Source: Rhizobium sp. Q54
GTDB taxonomy: Bacteria > Pseudomonadota > Alphaproteobacteria > Rhizobiales > Rhizobiaceae
Assembly (NCBI GenBank): GCA_943372805.1
Contig: CALSAF010000002.1
Coordinates: 6,004-70,003 of the forward strand
DNA: 64,000 nucleotides
Reading direction: 5' to 3'
In this document: positions 58,368-64,000 of the stretch, piece after piece
Numbering within the stretch: position 1 is the first letter of the stretch
Layout of the letters: each line of letters starts with the position of its first letter
Made by a program: the position numbers and the translations under genes
Notes under the pieces: generated by a model
What the model saw: the letters and a program-made list of their open reading frames with translations, nothing else
Database searches by the model: none
What the model was told of the DNA's origin: nothing

Positions 58368-59981
58368 TCACTCCGCCACGACCGCGTCCGCCACTTTGCC
58401 CTCACCTTCGCGCGGCAGGCGGATGTTGGGCAGGAGAAGCGCGCAGATGAGGCCGATGACCATCATGCCGGAGGCGGTCAGGAAGAGGGGCACGAAGGCG
58501 TCGGAATAGGCGTTGGCGACGAGGGTGCGGGCGGCGTCCGGCAGGGCGGCCAGGGCTTCGGGGGTGAGGTTGCGGAAATCGACGCCGCCGGGAAGAGCGA
58601 TCTGGACCTTGGCGAGGCCGGAGCTGACGATGGCGCCGTAGATGGAGATGGCGATTGCCGCGCCGCCCATGCGGGTGAGCGTCACGGTGCCGGTGGCGGC
58701 GCCGACATCGGCCCTTGAGGCGGCGTTCTGGACGCCGATGACGGGGACCTGCTGGCCGATGCCAACGCCGAAACCCTGCAGCAGCATGACGAGCGCGATG
58801 ACGACCAGCGGCGTACCGGCATGCGTGAACGAGAAGATGCCGAGACTAATGACGCCAAGGGCTGCAGAAGCAATCGAGAAGGGCTTGTAGCGGCCGCTTC
58901 TGGCAATCAGGCGGCCGGCGGCGATCGAGCCGATGGCAATGCCACCGGTCGTGGCGATGAAAAGCAGGCCGGCCATGGAGGGCGAGAGGCCTGTTGTCGT
59001 CTGCAGGAAGAGCGCGATGTAATTGACCGAGCCGATACCGATCGCGCCCGAGACCAGGGAGATGATAAGGAGCAGGTTGATGGTCGGCTTGGCAAAGAGC
59101 GAGAGCGGCACGACGGGTTCGGGGGCGCGGCGCTCGACCAGCACCCAGCCCATGGCGCAGAGCGCACCGAAGGCGACGACGGCAAGGCTTTCCCATGAAA
59201 TCAGCGAGCCGAAGATCTGGCCGCTATCGGCCCAGAGGACGACCGAGGCGACGGCACCGGCGAGCAGGATGGCACCGGCGTAATCGATCTTCGGTTTGCG
59301 GTCTGGCTTGCGGTAGGGCAGCAGGACGGCAAGACCGATGAGAACGGCGATGCCGATCGGCAGGTTGACCAGGAAGATCGAGCGCCAGCCGAAGAGATCC
59401 GACAGGGTCCCACCGAGGACCGGCCCCAGCGCGCCCGAGGCCATCAGCACCAGGCTCGAATAGCTCTGGTAGCGGGCGCGTTCGCGCGGTTCGAAGAGAT
59501 CGGCATTGATGGAGAAGATCGAGACCATGATGCCGCCGCCGCCCAGCGCCTGCAGCACGCGGGCGGCAATCAGCGTGTCCATGGAGACGGCGAGGCCGCA
59601 GACCAGGGAGCCGAGCGTGAAGATCGCGATGGCCGCCATGATCACGTATTTGCGGCCGAAGAGATCGCCGAGCTTGCCGTAGAGCGGCATGACGGCGCTG
59701 GTGGTCAGCAGATAGGCGGAGCCGACCCAGCCGAAGCGTTCAAGCTCGCCGAATTCGCCGACGATGGTGGGCAGCGCGGTGGAGACGATCTGGTTGTCGA
59801 GGGTGGCCATGAACATGGCCGACATCAAGAGGAGATAGACGAAGAGGCGAAGTTTCGGATCGGTGACCAGGGGCGTGCTGCCCGAGCCCGCCGGGCCGCC
59901 CGTTGCGGCTGACGGCGCATTGGGATGCGGTTCAAAGCGTGTATCAGGCCCGGACTGGGCCGCGGTGGTGAACTTGGTCAT
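58368..59981 (-). CDS. MFS drug:H+ antiporter (DHA2, 14 TM)
   Basis: MATLDNQIVSTALPTI, YGKLGDLFGRK, ARVLQALGGGG, WRSIFLVNLPIG. Confidence 0.94.
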   Translation of the reverse strand: MTKFTTAAQSGPDTRFEPHPNAPSAATGGPAGSGSTPLVTDPKLRLFVYLLLMSAMFMATLDNQIVSTALPTIVGEFGELERFGWVGSAYLLTTSAVMPLYGKLGDLFGRKYVIMAAIAIFTLGSLVCGLAVSMDTLIAARVLQALGGGGIMVSIFSINADLFEPRERARYQSYSSLVLMASGALGPVLGGTLSDLFGWRSIFLVNLPIGIAVLIGLAVLLPYRKPDRKPKIDYAGAILLAGAVASVVLWADSGQIFGSLISWESLAVVAFGALCAMGWVLVERRAPEPVVPLSLFAKPTINLLLIISLVSGAIGIGSVNYIALFLQTTTGLSPSMAGLLFIATTGGIAIGSIAAGRLIARSGRYKPFSIASAALGVISLGIFSFTHAGTPLVVIALVMLLQGFGVGIGQQVPVIGVQNAASRADVGAATGTVTLTRMGGAAIAISIYGAIVSSGLAKVQIALPGGVDFRNLTPEALAALPDAARTLVANAYSDAFVPLFLTASGMMVIGLICALLLPNIRLPREGEGKVADAVVAE

Positions 59982-60026
59982 GGATCGGGGGCTCCTGTCT
60001 GACCGCAAAATGTGCCTCTCGCAATT

Positions 60027-60045
60027 ATATGTCAATAGCACATAT
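60027..60045. promoter_or_regulatory. Inverted repeat, putative MarR operator
   Basis: ATATGT-CAATAGC-ACATAT between divergent MFS and MarR genes. Confidence 0.5.
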
Positions 60046-60102
60046 TTGCTGATGGCATCTATTTTGCTTTTCGAGAAAGGCGCGCTCTGTTATGCTCCCG
60101 CC

Positions 60103-60651
60103 ATGATGTCTGCTTCACACCCCAAACCCGCCGCCGATGAACCCGTCACCGAACCCGCCGCGGTTCCCTTCTCAGGCGATCCGCCGCTGGCCGCGATCGG
60201 CCAGGCGATGACCCGCATGCGGCTTCTGATCGGCCGCCGGTTCATCGGGCGCATGGCCTTGAAGCGCATCGGCACCGGGCTCGAACTCTCCGACCTCGAT
60301 GCGATTGGCGTCATCAAGCGGATCGGCAGCCAGCAGGAGGTGACGGTGGGCACGATTGCCGAGCAGCTGAGGATAGACCCCTCGCGCGGCAGTCGGATCG
60401 TGGCGGACCTCGTGCGTCAGGGCCTGCTGGAGCGGGCCGCATCACAGGAGGACGGGCGCCGCAGCCTGGTCAAGGTGACGGCGGCCGGACGGCAGGTGCT
60501 GGACGAGATCGAGACGATCAAGCGGGAGATCATCGCAGAGGCCACGGCCGGATGGCCGGCGACAGACGTGGAGGCCTTCGGGCGCCTCTACACGCGCTTC
60601 ACCGAGGGCCTGGAAGCCCGGTTCGACCGCTTCGAGCGGGACGAGAGCTGA
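60103..60651 (+). CDS. MarR family transcriptional regulator
   Basis: IAEQLRIDPSRGSRIVADLVRQGLLER..DGRRSLV. Confidence 0.9.
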   Translation: MMSASHPKPAADEPVTEPAAVPFSGDPPLAAIGQAMTRMRLLIGRRFIGRMALKRIGTGLELSDLDAIGVIKRIGSQQEVTVGTIAEQLRIDPSRGSRIVADLVRQGLLERAASQEDGRRSLVKVTAAGRQVLDEIETIKREIIAEATAGWPATDVEAFGRLYTRFTEGLEARFDRFERDES

Positions 60652-60837
60652 GAGGGGCATGCCGCAGGGCATGACGGCACCGGCCCGGAATTCGGGCAAG
60701 ACTGCCGCAGAAACGACCCGACCGGCACTCCCTCCCCCGAGAAAATGCCGGCCGGTCGTCATGGGACTGGTTGTTCACCACCTTCCCGCTCCGCCAGAAC
60801 AGGAAAGGCTTGCGTCCCATGCCGAAGGAAAATGGGA

Positions 60838-61041
60838 TCAGACGGGCTTGGGGCCCTGCAGGGCATTGTAGATCTTCTTGCCCAATACGATGGCAATCGG
60901 AATGGAGATCACCAGACCCGTCGCAAAAGCCGCCGCGATCTGCCAGCCTTCACGCATGTCCAGGGACAAGACCGCGATGACCGCTGCGCCGCCCACGGCG
61001 CTGGCAACCAGGATATAGAGGACTGCGGCCAGACGAAGCAT
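60838..61041 (-). CDS. Small two-TM membrane protein
   Basis: AGGAG RBS; MLRLAAVLYILVASAVGG. Confidence 0.7.
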   Translation of the reverse strand: MLRLAAVLYILVASAVGGAAVIAVLSLDMREGWQIAAAFATGLVISIPIAIVLGKKIYNALQGPKPV

Positions 61042-61169
61042 GGTCTTTCTCCTTCGCACTCACGTCTTTCGATGATCACCATAGAAGTCTGGCGGCGAAC
61101 TTCCTTGATCTGGCTCAAGTCCTTGCTCGCAATCGCTTAGACCAAAGGCGAAGTCCTTCATCTCGGGCG

Positions 61170-61184
61170 TTAACACTGTTTTAA
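61170..61184. promoter_or_regulatory. CtrA-type binding box
   Basis: TTAA-CACTGTT-TTAA (TTAA-N7-TTAA) between divergent genes. Confidence 0.55.
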
Positions 61185-61260
61185 GCCTGTTCTTGCCGGT
61201 CCATCGCACTTGCTCCAAGGTTTTGCCCATCCGCAATCCACCCGAAACGGAACGAACAGG

Positions 61261-62640
61261 ATGCCTTCTCGACGCTCGGTCATGCTTGGCCTCGGCGGGC
61301 TGCTCGCAACGGCGGGCCTGCCCGCTGGCCCGCGCATGGCTGGAGCCCAGACGCTTGCCTTGGCGGAGCTGCGTGGTGGTTTCGATGCGGCTGAGGCCGG
61401 GATCCTGCCGGGCACGGAAGACGACCAGAGCCGCAAGCTGCAGGCGCTGATCGACCGCGCAGCCGCCGTCGGCCAGCCGGTCTTCCTGCCGGCCGGCACC
61501 TATGACGTTGCCAACCTGGAACTGCGCGACGGCAGCCGACTGGCCGGGGTTCCGGGTCTGACCCGGCTCATCTATCGCGGCGACGGCCACCTGATCGCAG
61601 GCCAGGACATCTCCCGGGTCAGCCTTTCCGGCATCACCTTCGACGGCGCCAATCGCTGGCTGGCGGACTATACGGAAGGGCTTCTTGCCTTCCGAAGCGT
61701 CGACGAGGTCGTGATCGACGGCTGCGAGATCGTCGGCAGCCGCAAATGCGGGATCTATTTCGCGCGCTCCGGCGGCCGGATCGAGGGCACACGCGTTTCG
61801 GGAGCCGCCGAGGCCGGTGTCTGGGCGATCGAGAACAGGGCCTTTTCAGTTCGCAACAATCATGTCTCCGACTGCGGCAATGGCGGCATCCTCGTGCATC
61901 GCTGGACGAAAGGCGAGGACGGCACGGTCATCACCGGCAACCGGGTGGCGCGGATCGGCGCGACCAATGGCGGCACCGGCCAGTATGGCAACGGCATCAA
62001 CGTCTTCAGGGCCGACAACGTGCTGGTTTCCCAGAACCACGTCTCCGACTGTGCCTTTTCCGCGATCCGGGCGAACTCGGCCTCCAACATCACCATCAGC
62101 GGCAACCAGGCCTTCCGCTCGGGCGAGACGGCTGTCTATGCCGAGTTCGAATTCGAGGCAGCGCTGATTACGGACAACCTGATCGATGGCGCGGCGATCG
62201 GCATCTCGGTCGCCAATTTCGACCAGGGCGGGCGGCTTTCGACCGTCAGCAACAACATTGTCAGGGGCATCGTGAACAAGGGCCCCTATGAGCCGATCGT
62301 CAGCGGCTTCGGCTTCGGCATTTCGGTGGAGGCAGACACGCTGGTGAGCGGCAACCTGGTGGAGGGCGCGCAAACGGCGGCCATCGCGCTCGGTTGGGGT
62401 CCGTATCTTCGTAACGTCATCGTCAGCGACAACATCCTGCGCGGCAGCCCGGAGGGCATGCGGATCAGCGTGGTGGAGGGTGCGGGCCATGCGGTGGTGC
62501 GCGACAACATCATCGAAGGCGCATCAGATGGTGCCATCCTCGGCTATCGCTGGAACGACCGGGTGACAGAAGACCTGGCCGACGAGAACTCCTCCTTCGT
62601 TAACCTCAGCCTTTCCGGCAACATACGCGTGGCGTCCTGA
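61261..62640 (+). CDS. Tat-exported right-handed beta-helix protein (TIGR03808-like)
   Basis: SRRSV twin-arginine signal; GILPGTEDDQSRKLQALID; many parallel beta-helix repeats (NHVSDC, GNGINVF). Confidence 0.85.
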   Translation: MPSRRSVMLGLGGLLATAGLPAGPRMAGAQTLALAELRGGFDAAEAGILPGTEDDQSRKLQALIDRAAAVGQPVFLPAGTYDVANLELRDGSRLAGVPGLTRLIYRGDGHLIAGQDISRVSLSGITFDGANRWLADYTEGLLAFRSVDEVVIDGCEIVGSRKCGIYFARSGGRIEGTRVSGAAEAGVWAIENRAFSVRNNHVSDCGNGGILVHRWTKGEDGTVITGNRVARIGATNGGTGQYGNGINVFRADNVLVSQNHVSDCAFSAIRANSASNITISGNQAFRSGETAVYAEFEFEAALITDNLIDGAAIGISVANFDQGGRLSTVSNNIVRGIVNKGPYEPIVSGFGFGISVEADTLVSGNLVEGAQTAAIALGWGPYLRNVIVSDNILRGSPEGMRISVVEGAGHAVVRDNIIEGASDGAILGYRWNDRVTEDLADENSSFVNLSLSGNIRVAS

Positions 62641-62763
62641 TCCGGGACAATGTGGCGCCGATCGTTTACGGATCGGAAACCAATATCGGCATTTCCGGGT
62701 AGTCGTAATTTCTGTTTAAGATGACGCTGATCTACTCGTTGCAGTCACACGGCAACGGCACCC

Positions 62764-64000
62764 ATGTTCCTGAAACTTCAGAATACCATCCTCGAAATGA
62801 TCGCCACCGGGCGTTCCCTGGCCGAAACCGTCGATCTACTTTGCCGCGAGGTCGAGCGGATGAGCAACGACATCGTCTGCTCGGTGCTGCTGCTCGATGA
62901 GGAGAAGCGCTTGCGCCACCTCGCCGGACCGTCCCTGCCATTCGAATACACCGCGGCCATCGACGGGACCGCCGCCGGGCCGGGTGTCGGCTCCTGCGGG
63001 ACGGCGGCGCATACGGGCGAACCGGTGCTGGTGGAAGACATCGACACCCATCCCTACTGGCAGCCCTACAAGGGTCTTGCCCTGCCCATCGGCCTGAAGG
63101 CCTGCTGGTCCACCCCCATTTTCGGTTCCGGAAAGGTGCTCGGCACCTTTGCATTCTACTACCGTGTGCAGCGCGGGCCCTCCGCTGACGAGCGAGCGGT
63201 GGTCGCAGCCTGCGTGCATCTCTGCGCGATCGCCATCGAGCGTGACCAGCGTATCGCCGAACGGCGGCGGCTCGCCGAAACCGACAATCTGACAGGGCTC
63301 GGCAATCGCAGCCGGTTCAACGAAACGATCAGCGAGGTGGCACGCAGGGGGACGGACTGGGCCCTGATGCTGATCGACCTCGACAATCTGAAGATGGTCA
63401 ACGACACCTTCGGCCATGGCGCCGGTGACGACCTGATTCACATCGTTGCGCAGCGGCTGAAGGAACTGGCCCCGGCCAACATGACCTTCCGGATCGGCGG
63501 CGACGAATTCGCGGTGATCGTGCCCTGCCTGGAAACGACGGATCCGACGGAACTCGCCGATCGGCTGATCCATCGGATCAAGGAGCCGGCCGATTGCGGC
63601 GGGCACCTGGTCTATCCCGCCGCCACACTGGGCGGCGCCAAGGCCGGCCTGGAGCGAAGCCCGCAACAGGTGCGGCAGAATGCCGACTACGCGCTTTATC
63701 ACGCCAAGGAACGGGCGCGCGGGCGCTATCTGGAATATGCCCCCGGCCTCGGCACCGCGATCGTCAAACGTTTCCGCTCGGTGCAGGATGTCGACAAGGC
63801 GCTGCGCGACGACCGGATCGATGCCCATTATCAGGCTGTGGTGCATCTGACGACCGGCCGGATCATGGGTTTCGAATCGCTCTGCCGGATGATCGCCCCG
63901 GACGGCACGCTGGTGGCAGCCGCCCATTTCCACGAAGCGATGAAGGATGCGCATGTGGCGATCGAGATCACCGATCGCATGCTGGAGCGGGTTGCCGCCG
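62764..64000 (+). CDS. GAF-GGDEF-EAL protein, runs off the 3' end of the window (absent from ORF track because it has no stop)
   Basis: MFLKLQNTILEMIATG; GAF (GSCGTAA, CWSTPI); DNLTGLGNR, DLDNLKMVNDTFGHGAGD, RIGGDEF; GFESLCR start of EAL. Confidence 0.92.
   Translation, partial: MFLKLQNTILEMIATGRSLAETVDLLCREVERMSNDIVCSVLLLDEEKRLRHLAGPSLPFEYTAAIDGTAAGPGVGSCGTAAHTGEPVLVEDIDTHPYWQPYKGLALPIGLKACWSTPIFGSGKVLGTFAFYYRVQRGPSADERAVVAACVHLCAIAIERDQRIAERRRLAETDNLTGLGNRSRFNETISEVARRGTDWALMLIDLDNLKMVNDTFGHGAGDDLIHIVAQRLKELAPANMTFRIGGDEFAVIVPCLETTDPTELADRLIHRIKEPADCGGHLVYPAATLGGAKAGLERSPQQVRQNADYALYHAKERARGRYLEYAPGLGTAIVKRFRSVQDVDKALRDDRIDAHYQAVVHLTTGRIMGFESLCRMIAPDGTLVAAAHFHEAMKDAHVAIEITDRMLERVAA

Noticed and set aside
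1-64000. Prophage, IS, ICE, tRNA or rRNA
   Set aside because: No integrase, transposase, phage structural gene or recognisable structured RNA gene was seen by eye.

Overview
GC-rich alphaproteobacterial chromosome segment. Gene content (xylFGH, ohr/ohrR, cspA-rpsU, brnTA, RIME-like repeats, CtrA-type box) points to Rhizobiaceae. About 70 CDS; no rRNA, tRNA, CRISPR array, integrase or transposase was found. The backbone runs from a partial recQ to a partial GAF-GGDEF-EAL gene and includes two MCPs, a xylose ABC transporter with a ROK regulator, an HerA-like/DUF853 ATPase, a fatty-acid desaturase, a cold-shock cluster, an IorAB-like molybdoenzyme, two L,D-transpeptidases and many regulator/cargo pairs. 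Accessory patches: (i) a NotI-family endonuclease plus C5-methyltransferase between near-identical REP/RIME direct repeats; (ii) a 10.3-14.3 kb patch whose cargo blocks (unknown gene, vapBC, DHFR-arsR-SRPBCC) are separated by co-oriented ~30-bp 12-6-12 imperfect palindromes resembling recombinase core sites, the most interesting signal here (candidate gene-cassette system, unproven); (iii) an AT-richer DUF2971 gene next to a decayed brnA; (iv) an AT-rich two-gene operon next to a pseudogene remnant; (v) a tandem Lrp+EamA duplication with one copy truncated. All assignments come from reading motifs by eye; no database searches were run.
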